Source: Patescibacteria group bacterium (GTDB taxonomy: Bacteria > Patescibacteriota > Minisyncoccia > Minisyncoccales > JANBVM01). Taken from it: 60,850 nt of DNA. The position numbers and the translations under genes are program-made. The stretch is from NCBI GenBank assembly GCA_024239015.1, contig JANBVM010000001.1, positions 1 to 60,850 on the forward strand, written 5' to 3'. The notes under the pieces were generated by a model. The model searched no databases. It saw only the letters and a program-made list of their open reading frames with translations, and was not told the DNA's origin. This document shows, piece after piece, positions 17,701 through 26,717 of this stretch. How positions within the stretch are numbered: the first letter of the stretch is position 1; every line of letters begins with the position of its first letter.

Positions 17701-17871
17701 CTATTGACTCAATTATTATAATTTTTCTAAATCTATTTATAATTAAGTACATGTAGATCTTATTCAGAGGGGCGTTTCTAGGGAAAATACTTACGACTTA
17801 TAAATCTTGAAATAGATCTAATCTGATAAATAAATTATTTTAACAGAGAAGACTGTTGAATAATTTTATAC

Positions 17872-19434
17872 TCAGTTAAGATTTATGAAAACGTCAACAG
17901 TAAAATGGTCTGATCCGGTCAGGAAATGGGCAGTATCTCCAGTGGTAGAGTTGATTATATTGGAAGATAAAAATTGATTGACATAAATAAAATCAATGCG
18001 AGAATTATATATCCCTGGATAAGTAACACCCCAATCAGTTGGATTTAAAGTTCGATGAACGTCAGTCCAACTATGAATTGCAGATGAATAAACACTATAA
18101 TCACCACCCGTATCGGGATTACTATAAGGGGAAACCATCATACTTAAAGGTCCATAACCGAGTCCGCTCTGAGGATTAAGACCCCAATCTTCAGGAGAAA
18201 AGGAGTTTAAATCACCCAAATAAACTAAAGATACATTTCCTAAATTATCCATATAGTTGATAATACCTTCTTGTTCCAATTCTCTTCTTTGTTCATTTAC
18301 AGCCTCAGGCATGGCCTTTAAGTGGGATCCAATAATATGTATTGGTGTCCCACTTACGTTTACTTCTACATCATAGAAATCATGAGTAACATCATAACTA
18401 GTAGAATTATCGAGTAGAACATGAGTTATTTGATTATAGTCAATAACAGGATAACGACTCATTATTGCCGCTCCATCAGTAGACCTGGATATTCCTTGAG
18501 TACAATATCCAATATAGGGGTCCTCACCAGCAAAATAGGTGTTAAACTCACTTACATATTGGTTTAACTTTAAATCGCTATTATCATCCCAAGTTCCAGT
18601 TTCTATGAACATTATGATATCTGCATTCTCCTCTTTTACTACGGTTTTCCAATCAGGATAAGCAAGGTCTTCACCACTTTCCTTTATGTTAAATGCCATC
18701 AACTTGAAGATTTCAGATGTTTCAAGAATAATTCCTGAATTGTTTACAGTCACGGATATTGTATCAGAGCCATTATTACCAGAAGGATCGATAGCTTCAC
18801 AGAGAATAGTATGAGAACCATTTATTTCTTGTGTTGTATTCCAAGAATAGACATTTGTACCTGACCTTAATATATCATTAATATAAATTGCGTAAGAACT
18901 GATTCCATTGGCATCAGTAGCACTCATAGTGATTGTTACGATATCCGAAACTGTCGAATTTGCCACAGGAGAAATAATAGTAACAATTGGTGGCGTAGTA
19001 TCTGCTCCTCCGCTATTATTTACAATTATTGATATGGAATTTGAACCAGTTTTACCAAAAGGATCGGTAGCTTCACAGAGAATTGTGTGAATCCCATCAC
19101 TTTCTTGGGTTGTGTCCCATAAGTAAGATTTTGTTCCTGATCTATAAACCCCATCAATATAAATTGCGTAAGAACTGATTCCATTAGCATCAGTAGCATC
19201 CATATTAATTAATATTGTACCCGAAACTGTTGAATCATCGATCGGAGATAAGATTATAACATTTGGGAACGTTGTATCTTGTTCTTGAGGAGTATTAGCT
19301 GGAGTATTTACTATTATAAACAATAAAACAATTGAGGTTGTGCTAAAAATTATAAACAACGTAATAATAGCCAAATATTTCCTATTTTCAATTAATCTCA
19401 TTTTAATTTTAATAATGTTGGTTGACTTCTCCAA
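17872..19434 (-). CDS. membrane-anchored/secreted endonuclease-exonuclease-phosphatase (EEP) family protein with two Ig-like repeats
   Basis: 520 aa. N-terminal TM helix (LAIITLFIIFSTTSIVLLFII). Two 92-aa repeats (…SPIDDSTVSGTILINMDATDANGISSYAIYIDG… and …SPVANSTVSDIVTITMSATDANGISSYAIYIND…). The C-terminal EEP motifs are FNIKESGE, ADIIMFIETG, GSHLKA, LGDLNSF, RIDFIYV and GSDHF. Confidence 0.7.
   Translation of the reverse strand: MEKSTNIIKIKMRLIENRKYLAIITLFIIFSTTSIVLLFIIVNTPANTPQEQDTTFPNVIILSPIDDSTVSGTILINMDATDANGISSYAIYIDGVYRSGTKSYLWDTTQESDGIHTILCEATDPFGKTGSNSISIIVNNSGGADTTPPIVTIISPVANSTVSDIVTITMSATDANGISSYAIYINDILRSGTNVYSWNTTQEINGSHTILCEAIDPSGNNGSDTISVTVNNSGIILETSEIFKLMAFNIKESGEDLAYPDWKTVVKEENADIIMFIETGTWDDNSDLKLNQYVSEFNTYFAGEDPYIGYCTQGISRSTDGAAIMSRYPVIDYNQITHVLLDNSTSYDVTHDFYDVEVNVSGTPIHIIGSHLKAMPEAVNEQRRELEQEGIINYMDNLGNVSLVYLGDLNSFSPEDWGLNPQSGLGYGPLSMMVSPYSNPDTGGDYSVYSSAIHSWTDVHRTLNPTDWGVTYPGIYNSRIDFIYVNQFLSSNIINSTTGDTAHFLTGSDHFTVDVFINLN
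18727..19278 (-). repeat. tandem 276-nt coding repeat (two Ig-like domains)
   Basis: AAATTGCGTAAGAACTGATTCCATT[G/A]GCATCAGTAGCA recurs at 18885 and 19161, exactly 276 nt (92 codons) apart. Confidence 0.8.
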
Positions 19435-19617
19435 TTCTTGAAATTTCCAAAGAATCTATTCTCTCAAGATTTTTGTGTATAAATTAGTATTAAAATATTA
19501 TTAGACTGTGGATTAATAGTCATTTAATAAGAAGAAATATAGTAACTTTAAATATTGATAAAAATATATAAAGTTAGTAAAACCTCTCTATAATTATAAT
19601 TAAGGGTGAAATATTAA

Positions 19618-19878
19618 GTGGTAAAATCATTTCAAGGCTCATGGTGTATATTCTTAATTTTATTACTCCTAGGAATAGTTCCAGCTATTATTTATTATGC
19701 TATAATGTATAAAGAAGTAACTCCAATAATAGTACAACAACAACCACCGCAACAAGTAGTAATAGTTCAACAACCTGCAGCGCCACAACCTACTGGACAA
19801 CAAAACAAGTATTGCTCTGAATGTGGCGCAGAAGTAACCGGGAAATATTGTAATAATTGTGGTACTGAAATCAAATAA
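19618..19878 (+). CDS. small membrane protein with Q/P-rich linker and C-terminal double zinc ribbon
   Basis: 86 aa, GTG start with GGGTGA upstream. TM helix (WCIFLILLLLGIVPAIIYYAI). CSECGAEVTGKYCNNCG. Confidence 0.55.
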   Translation: MVKSFQGSWCIFLILLLLGIVPAIIYYAIMYKEVTPIIVQQQPPQQVVIVQQPAAPQPTGQQNKYCSECGAEVTGKYCNNCGTEIK

Positions 19879-19907
19879 TTTTAATTTGTTAATAAAAAAA
19901 GTTGCTA

Positions 19908-19915
19908 TTTTTTTT
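19908..19915 (+). terminator. oligo-T run (T8) about 30 nt after the stop
   Basis: GCTATTTTTTTTCC lies downstream of 19618..19878. Confidence 0.3.
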
Positions 19916-19930
19916 CCTAATTTTATTTTG

Positions 19931-19945
19931 TAACCGTTTCACGAA
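19931..19945 (+). repeat. island motif, form B
   Basis: TAACCGTTTCACGAA, an exact copy, in the convergent spacer 19879-20326. Confidence 0.9.
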
Positions 19946-20326
19946 TTTTTAAATTGTTTAATCTTGAAATAAATTCAATTAGACTTATTCACTCACTACT
20001 TATATACCCACTATTACAAATATTTTTATAAATTACTCTTATAATTTTTTTTTTGCCAATAGAGGAGAACTTAATTGACAATATAAGATAAGTAAAAAAT
20101 AGGACAATCTTAAGGTGAGTTTTCAGATCTAAGTTGAAAACTTTATTATTAGATAATTATTATAAAATTATCTAAAAATCATTATAATTATTTTTTTATT
20201 GAAATTATATTTAATAATAATGTATAAGATTAGGTTATACTTGAGTTTTTAGTAAAAACTAGTTATAAAAAACTAAATAAAAAGAGAAAATAAAAAAAAT
20301 TGATTAAAATTTATTGGATTCTAAAC

Positions 20327-21037
20327 CTACATTAAAAATTCTTCAAAAGTTTCTTTGTCATTTTCAGTATAATTTTTCCTATATTCAGGATATTCATCAT
20401 GTACTTTTTGCATTAATAGTTCAGTATCAATATACATTAAGTCTTCTTTTACTTCAACGATAATTTCTTTCATTCTTATATCTAATTCCTCCCATATTTC
20501 TTTTGCTAACCTATGTCCTTTTCTTGTTAAAATACATTCTATTGATGCAGTGTGTTTAAATTTCTCCCAGTTCTCTTTGCTACCTGAAATTTTCTTCCCA
20601 TCTCTCACAAGATAAATTTCAATATACTTTTTTTCGTTTAAATCTTTAATATCCTCCCCAAGATGAACTGGAATTGGTCCTGCTCTTGCTGCTCCCATTT
20701 CATCAAATAAGAATGAATCTTCACCATATTCTTCCTCAAATTTTTTTTCGATATAAAATAGCATTTTATTAAAGCGAAATTTCTGTCTAATTGCCTTTTT
20801 CCGTTGTTTCACATCAGCATAGAGCAAAGCTAATTCAAAAATATTATATTCACTTATTCCGTATTTTTTAGCAATCCTTCTCTCATCAGCTTTTATGAGG
20901 TCGCTGAAAAGATATAATTCATCTCCAGTATCTTCTTCTCTATATAGGGGAATATCCTCCAATTCTGCTTTTTTATTTTTCACATCTAAAACTTTTATAC
21001 TTGTTTTCTCTCCTGTAAGTGTTAACATTTTACCCAA
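20327..21037 (-). CDS. Panacea/SocA-like domain protein (putative)
   Basis: 236 aa. FRFNKMLFYIEKKFEEEYGEDSFLFDEMGAARAGPIPVHLGEDI resembles the Panacea K-L-L-Y...GP-x core. Weaker match than 2873 and 29809. Confidence 0.35.
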   Translation of the reverse strand: MGKMLTLTGEKTSIKVLDVKNKKAELEDIPLYREEDTGDELYLFSDLIKADERRIAKKYGISEYNIFELALLYADVKQRKKAIRQKFRFNKMLFYIEKKFEEEYGEDSFLFDEMGAARAGPIPVHLGEDIKDLNEKKYIEIYLVRDGKKISGSKENWEKFKHTASIECILTRKGHRLAKEIWEELDIRMKEIIVEVKEDLMYIDTELLMQKVHDEYPEYRKNYTENDKETFEEFLM

Positions 21038-21041
21038 CCTT

Positions 21042-21359
21042 TTATCTTTCTTTTTTAAAACTTCTTACTTTTAAAATTCTATTATTATTATCATCATTCT
21101 GGCTTGATTCTTTTTGCCATTCATAAAATATATGTGCTCTCTTCTTGCTTTTCTTATCAACTATGACTCTCTGTAGTCTTTTGTTGAAAGGCTCATTTTC
21201 TACATCACCAATCCAAATTAATTCTTTTAACATTCTATAGATTTCATACAGATTTAAGCCAGAGATTTGACCTTTTTTTTCTTCAAATAACTTTATAAGG
21301 CGTTTTGTTAGCCTTATTTTTTTGGAATCAATTTTCATGGTTCTTACCCGTTTCGACAA
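21042..21359 (-). CDS. small basic hypothetical protein, upstream partner of 20327..21037
   Basis: 105 aa, Lys/Arg-rich. Only 4 nt separate it from the next gene, so the two are probably an operon. Confidence 0.4.
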   Translation of the reverse strand: MSKRVRTMKIDSKKIRLTKRLIKLFEEKKGQISGLNLYEIYRMLKELIWIGDVENEPFNKRLQRVIVDKKSKKRAHIFYEWQKESSQNDDNNNRILKVRSFKKER

Positions 21360-21739
21360 TCAATAAATATAATTATACACAATTATATTTAAAATTAAAT
21401 GATTCCAACTTCTAACCAATGCAATAAAGAGATATTTTATTTCAAGTTAAATAACACCATTTAATATATACAAGTTCTCATAAAAAAATTTATGCTTATT
21501 CGACAAAATTATTATATCGTCAAAACTTTTTAAATATAACTTTTTTTATGTTTTACGGTGTTTTTCAGAAAATATACTCCTGAATTTTTATCAAAAGATC
21601 TTAAGTTGAGTTTTATTAGATTTTGGTAAAGGATTTAAGCAAAATAAAAATATTACAATTTTGGTTAAATGCAATATTTTTGGAATAATCATTCCTATTC
21701 TTAATAGTCATTCAATATTTTTAAAAATAATTTTAGTGT

Positions 21740-21754
21740 CGGTTATTTTACGAA
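21740..21754 (+). repeat. island motif, form A variant
   Basis: CGGTTATTTTACGAA (14/15). It ends 2 nt before the stop codon of 21757..23178. Confidence 0.8.
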
Positions 21755-21756
21755 GA

Positions 21757-23178
21757 TTAAACTTTTTTTTGTCTTAATTCCTTCGGAGGATTTTTCATGT
21801 TCCATTGACTCCAAGCGTATCCTCGAACATTTTCCCATCCATACTTTCTCATAAGTTCCAATGTAACTTCCTTTAGGTCAGCATTCTCTTTTACTTCTTC
21901 AAGGGCTATTATCTTATTCATTTGTGTCCATTTATTCCCCCCTTTTTTCAGATTACTAACTCTTGTGTTTACATTTGAAGATTTACCCACATACCATTTT
22001 CCATGTTCAAGTCGAAGGATAAAAACAGCTGTCGATCTTGTCCGATCCTCGTTTTCTTTTAAATATTCTAAACCCCCATCTTGACTTCTAATGCACTCCT
22101 GTATTTTTTTCGGGATATAAGTATTATAAGAATCACTAAAACTTGTTCCCCTTACACATCTCCAGCCATAATTTGTTATATACCGAACCATAACTTCGGT
22201 AAGATCTCCATCTTCGATAATCTCTTGAACTTTAATTACTTTACTATCTCTTGTCCATATGTTTCCCTTTCCTTCTCTATGTGCTGCGATAGTGGATGTT
22301 GTATTTTTAGATCTTCCAATCCACCACTTATTATTTGCTAATTCTAATACAAAAATAGGTCTTCTCTTTCTCGAAGTCCTTTTTTCGGCTGTAGCAATTT
22401 TTAATATATTATCATTTGTAATTTTGATTGGAGTTTCTTTCTGATCAAGTACCATTTTTTTATTTTGACTCTTTACTGGTGTTAGGGTACCCTTCACATT
22501 TTTGCTGATTCTTATTGGGTATGTAAATTTACAATCAGGGTAACCTCCGCACCCTAAAAAGATTCCACGGCTTCCAGTTCGTTCATGCATAAGGCTTCCA
22601 CAAACTGGACATAGAATATTTCTAGCGCTTTCAATATTAAAAGAAAATCTACAATTCGGAAAACCATTACAACCAAAAAATTTCCCATTTTTACCAATAT
22701 AAATAGCTAATTTCTTATTACAATTAGGACATACTTTAGGGGGAGTTAATTTTTGATTTTGTTCCTTAGTAGTTAATGTTTCCTTAATTTCATTGAAATT
22801 TAGATTTCTTTGTAAATCATTATCAGGTCGGCTTGCTCCTATTTCTCTTTTCTTAAAATCCGGATTCAATTCTAATTTTATATCGAAGAAAGAGTTGAAG
22901 TCGGAATCATCTAAAAATCCATCCTCCTCATAAATTTCAAGAATTTTTCTTAAATCTTCATTTTCTTCTACGTGCTCTTTTAAAAAACTTAAATCTGTTT
23001 TATCTAGAATATATTTTCCCTCTTCTTCAGCTTTCTCTAATTCTTTCTCTAATGATTCATATTGTTTTTCAGTTAAGAATTTATTTTTAGTAAAAAAGCT
23101 GAAGAGATCTTCAAAAAACGGATTATATTTAGCGAAAACTTCTAGCCACTGTTCTTCTTCTTCGCTCAGTTCCTTCAT
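21757..23178 (-). CDS. multidomain protein: novel N-domain + two topoisomerase-type C4 zinc fingers + two GIY-YIG-like domains
   Basis: 473 aa. CPNCNKKLAIYIGKNGKFFGCNGFPNCRF and CPVCGSLMHERTGSRGIFLGCGGYPDCKF fit zf-C4_Topoisom. IFVLELANNKWWIGRSKN...YGWRCVRGTSFS and VFILRLEHGKWYVGKSSNVNTRV...YGWENVRGYAWS are tandem GIY-YIG-superfamily-like modules. The N-terminal ~105 aa are homologous to 50256..50846. Confidence 0.55.
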   Translation of the reverse strand: MKELSEEEEQWLEVFAKYNPFFEDLFSFFTKNKFLTEKQYESLEKELEKAEEEGKYILDKTDLSFLKEHVEENEDLRKILEIYEEDGFLDDSDFNSFFDIKLELNPDFKKREIGASRPDNDLQRNLNFNEIKETLTTKEQNQKLTPPKVCPNCNKKLAIYIGKNGKFFGCNGFPNCRFSFNIESARNILCPVCGSLMHERTGSRGIFLGCGGYPDCKFTYPIRISKNVKGTLTPVKSQNKKMVLDQKETPIKITNDNILKIATAEKRTSRKRRPIFVLELANNKWWIGRSKNTTSTIAAHREGKGNIWTRDSKVIKVQEIIEDGDLTEVMVRYITNYGWRCVRGTSFSDSYNTYIPKKIQECIRSQDGGLEYLKENEDRTRSTAVFILRLEHGKWYVGKSSNVNTRVSNLKKGGNKWTQMNKIIALEEVKENADLKEVTLELMRKYGWENVRGYAWSQWNMKNPPKELRQKKV

Positions 23179-23352
23179 ATACTCACCAAATTCTCGCCTT
23201 TAAAGGTTGATGCGAATAAATTATCATTGTAACATTAATTCTTACCTAAATAAAGTTTCTCAAATTTTATTAACCCGATATCTAATTTATTATATAGAAA
23301 TACTATTGATTTTAAAATAATCTAATCTAGTTTAATTATTTGATGTGGTATA

Positions 23353-25125
23353 ATGGGAATTTTCTTGAGTAAACCATCGAGAAGCGCTACTATAGGAGAA
23401 AAAATGTTCTTTAACAGGGCTGATTATTATTTTACTAATAGTAATGATGTAATTGGATACTTTGAACCTTTTATTGGAGAACTTCATCCTGATTATTTGT
23501 TGCTCTCTCCAAAGTATGGTATATTTATTGTAGAAATAAAAGATTACTCAGCAAAGCATCTTAGAAATATATCTAAATCAGGGGAATGGGAGAAATTGAA
23601 TGGAGATGGATTATTTCAAATTAAAAACCCATTTGACCAAATGCATAAATATTGGAGGGCAGTCAAGGATCGTATCAATCATTGTGATTTTCCGAAAGGA
23701 TTAGAAATTCCAATTATTAGATTGGTAGTTTTTAGTCAGATATCCAGTAAAAGCCAACAGGCTAAAGAAATTATAAAAATATGCCCTTTAAAAATTCATA
23801 TTGCTTTCAAAGAAGTTATGAATAGAAATACCAATTTTAGAGAATTTTTTACTAATCTTCTTCCACTTGATTTTAGCCTTTCTAATGATGAATTTAACTT
23901 ATTACGTGCTAATTTAATTCCTTTCTCCCGGTTACCTACTTATAAGCAAGCAGATCTGCTTAAATACTTCTCTATTGAGGACCAAATAAAATTATTGGAC
24001 GGGGAACAGGAACGAATTGCAAGGGAATTAGGAGAGGGACATCGATTGATTTTTGGTGTAGCTGGAAGTGGAAAAACAATTCTCTTAATTGCTCGAGCTA
24101 GAATAATCACAAAACTTTACCCTGATTGGAAAATCTTGATCTTGTGCTACAACAGGTTACTTAGAGATTCACTTATTCAACTTTTAAATCCTCAAGATTA
24201 TGAGACAGATATTACTATTGAAACTTTCCACTCCTGGGCTAAAAATTTCATCATGAGTGGAAATAATAATTTTACTAATAAATATGACGATGCATATAAA
24301 AAAGCAGAGAAAAATGGGAATATAACGGAATTCTTCCAAAATACAGTCCCAAATCTATTATTAGACATGCTAAATACTTTAAACAAAAAGAATGGATACT
24401 ACGATGCTATATTAATTGATGAAGCACAAGATTTTGACCAGAATTGGTTTCTTCCTGTAATTCAAGTTTTAAATCCTGAAACAAATTCCTTATTACTTAC
24501 ATGTGACGGACTTCAAGGGATTTATGCAAGAAAAAGATTTACTTGGGCAAGCATTGGTATTCAAGCTAGAGGTCGAGTAAAAAGGTTTGAAAAATCTTAT
24601 CGTGTTCCAATTGAAATAGGAGTTGCTGCTCGAGAAGCTTTACCCAAAAATTTAATAAACCTAATAGATCAATACGATGAATTTATTTCTACTAAAGAAT
24701 ATGCTGGTGTTCATGGGATCTTAGAGATCATTATATCTAAATCTAGAGACGAAGAATATAAGGCTTTAATAGAAAAAATTGCTCATTTGCTAAAAGTACC
24801 GCAAGAAATCTTATTATTATTTCGGAGAAATATGCAAAAAATCGGATATAAGCATCCATTTTTCGATAAATTAAAAGCCCTTAATATTGAATGGAAGGAT
24901 TTAAAAGAATATCATCATATGGCTACAGGTTTATATGTAGGTACACTTCATGGAACTAAAGGTCTAGAATCTGACACTATAATAATCCCTGAAGTAGACA
25001 CTTACAAATCCGATGAAGATCGACAATTATTATATGTTGGCATGACTCGTTCCCGTAAAAAATTAGTTTTGAGTGCTAATCAATCAACTGAATTGATAAA
25101 ATTATTTGAACCACATCCTATCTAA
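23353..25125 (+). CDS. NERD-domain nuclease fused to UvrD/Rep-like SF1 helicase
   Basis: 590 aa. ELHPDYLLLSPKYGIFIVEIKDY is the NERD PD-(D/E)xK core. Helicase motifs are GVAGSGKT, ILIDEAQDF, LHGTKGLESDTIIIP and LLYVGMTRSRKKLVL. Confidence 0.75.
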   Translation: MGIFLSKPSRSATIGEKMFFNRADYYFTNSNDVIGYFEPFIGELHPDYLLLSPKYGIFIVEIKDYSAKHLRNISKSGEWEKLNGDGLFQIKNPFDQMHKYWRAVKDRINHCDFPKGLEIPIIRLVVFSQISSKSQQAKEIIKICPLKIHIAFKEVMNRNTNFREFFTNLLPLDFSLSNDEFNLLRANLIPFSRLPTYKQADLLKYFSIEDQIKLLDGEQERIARELGEGHRLIFGVAGSGKTILLIARARIITKLYPDWKILILCYNRLLRDSLIQLLNPQDYETDITIETFHSWAKNFIMSGNNNFTNKYDDAYKKAEKNGNITEFFQNTVPNLLLDMLNTLNKKNGYYDAILIDEAQDFDQNWFLPVIQVLNPETNSLLLTCDGLQGIYARKRFTWASIGIQARGRVKRFEKSYRVPIEIGVAAREALPKNLINLIDQYDEFISTKEYAGVHGILEIIISKSRDEEYKALIEKIAHLLKVPQEILLLFRRNMQKIGYKHPFFDKLKALNIEWKDLKEYHHMATGLYVGTLHGTKGLESDTIIIPEVDTYKSDEDRQLLYVGMTRSRKKLVLSANQSTELIKLFEPHPI

Positions 25126-25412
25126 GAATTAATTTGACAGATAAAACAAAGATGTGAACCAATTAAAATAAAACGATTAGTTGGAATAATAATTTCTAAA
25201 TCAAGTAATTTTTGAGCAAGAATTTTATTTTCAGCATAATCCTTGAGGATAAATTCATCTGATGCAAGTTCTACTGAATTACACATGATAGAGAGCTCAG
25301 CTAATGGCTCCTCGTTATAATTATAAGCAAAAATTGCGAGTTGACCATTTGAATAATGCGTTTTTTGTAGTTTACTATTGAGCGTTATTTGGGTATTTAT
25401 CATTTCTTTCAT
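25122..25412 (-). CDS. hypothetical small protein
   Basis: 96 aa, with a convergent 4-nt overlap with the helicase gene end. A faint resemblance to DUF4313-type proteins (YSNGQLAIFAY...EPLAELS) is not trusted. Confidence 0.35.
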   Translation of the reverse strand: MKEMINTQITLNSKLQKTHYSNGQLAIFAYNYNEEPLAELSIMCNSVELASDEFILKDYAENKILAQKLLDLEIIIPTNRFILIGSHLCFICQINS

Positions 25413-25509
25413 AAATCATACTTATTTCATTCTTTATAAATGAAAAAAGTGTATTAAAAAACTGATTTCTTATAGTAAGTTTTTGTTAAGAAACTAATAT
25501 CACAGTTGA

Positions 25510-25524
25510 TAACCGTTTCACGTA
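25510..25524 (+). repeat. island motif, form B variant
   Basis: TAACCGTTTCACGTA (14/15), in the divergent spacer 25413-25628, about 20 nt left of the 25543 repeat boundary. Confidence 0.8.
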
Positions 25525-25542
25525 AATGATTAAGCAAGTCAT

Positions 25543-26315
25543 CTTCAAAAAAAAATATTAATCTTTATAAATTATTAACCCAATAGCGTATGTTAAGATA
25601 AATATTTTAAAAGAAAATATAAATTAACATGATAAAAATTAATGATATTCTGAAATACAAGATAGTTCTTTTTCTATTTGTTATTATTGTGGTAGAAGTT
25701 ATTTCATTAGTATTATTTACAATCATGTTAATTACAACTAAAATAGAATTTTATAAACTTATCATTGATTTATTAAGAGATTTAATAATATTAACCAGTG
25801 TAGTAACCGCTTTAATAATCCCATTCGTAATGAAAGGTATTAAAGAAGAGAAACGAGAAGTAGAGTTAAAAGATCGAATAAAAACGGTTATTAATGAACT
25901 TAAAAATTATTTCGAAATTATTATCTCTTCTAAATATGAGGGATTACCAAAAAAAAATCTTTACATCCCTCCTCAATTTCAATTTTTTAAATCCATTGCA
26001 AGAAAAGATCCTGAATTCTTAAAAAAACTCGGTATTGATATTTCACTTTTCACCAGTACTTCAAAAAGTGGAACTCAATTTGAAGGAGCTACTTTAATAA
26101 TATTAAATATTTATAGATTACGTGGTGGTTTTCAACCAACTCTTACTTTTATAAGCACAGATAATGAACATTCTGAGTTACCGGATTTATATGAAATTCT
26201 TTTAAAAAAATTCATTGAAAACGCGGAAAAAGATTTTTCCATAACATTAGATAAAAATTTATGCTTCCTATCAGACAATCTTAAATCAAGCTATTTAGAA
26301 GTAATCAAACATTGA
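25543..26315 (+). repeat. direct repeat copy 2, partner of 10073..10838
   Basis: See 10073..10838. Confidence 0.8.
25629..26315 (+). CDS. hypothetical membrane-anchored protein (paralog of 10212..10838)
   Basis: 228 aa with an intact ATG. TM helix (IVLFLFVIIVVEVISLVLFTIMLI). About 80% identical to the 10212 product. Confidence 0.55.
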   Translation: MIKINDILKYKIVLFLFVIIVVEVISLVLFTIMLITTKIEFYKLIIDLLRDLIILTSVVTALIIPFVMKGIKEEKREVELKDRIKTVINELKNYFEIIISSKYEGLPKKNLYIPPQFQFFKSIARKDPEFLKKLGIDISLFTSTSKSGTQFEGATLIILNIYRLRGGFQPTLTFISTDNEHSELPDLYEILLKKFIENAEKDFSITLDKNLCFLSDNLKSSYLEVIKH

Positions 26316-26466
26316 AATTTTTATAACATAATTGCCTAAAAGAGTCATCTATTCATTAATATTAGTATATCTCATTTAATTCTCGATAGAGAACTATAGA
26401 TATATTGGAATCTTTATTAATAATTAGCATTAATATTTTCTTTTTATTATATATTTGAAAGAGCTT

Positions 26467-26481
26467 AGGTTATTTCATGAA
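26467..26481 (+). repeat. island motif, form A variant
   Basis: AGGTTATTTCATGAA (13/15), in the convergent spacer 26316-26513. Confidence 0.6.
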
Positions 26482-26513
26482 TTTGGACATCAATTCATTC
26501 TAATTTTTAATTA

Positions 26514-26717
26514 TTATCTTTTGTGATACTCTTTACATATAGTAATTAAATTCTTAGATTCGTTGTTTAAGCGATCTCCATCAATATGGTGAACATCCAA
26601 ATCGGTAGTTTTCCCATACCTTTGACATTTGTTTCCATCACGCGTTTTTATTTCCCGTTTTAATTTAACTGTAAATCCATGAGTATATCGGGAGCGTGCA
26701 TTAAGTTTAGGAAGCAT
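26514..26717 (-). CDS. small HNH endonuclease-domain protein (partly degenerate zinc ligands)
   Basis: 67 aa. RDGNKCQRYGKTTDLDVHHIDGDRLNNESKNLITICKEYH has the H-N-H residues in register, but CxxC is reduced to CQRY and CKEY. It overlaps the methylase 3' end by 11 nt. Confidence 0.6.
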   Translation of the reverse strand: MLPKLNARSRYTHGFTVKLKREIKTRDGNKCQRYGKTTDLDVHHIDGDRLNNESKNLITICKEYHKR

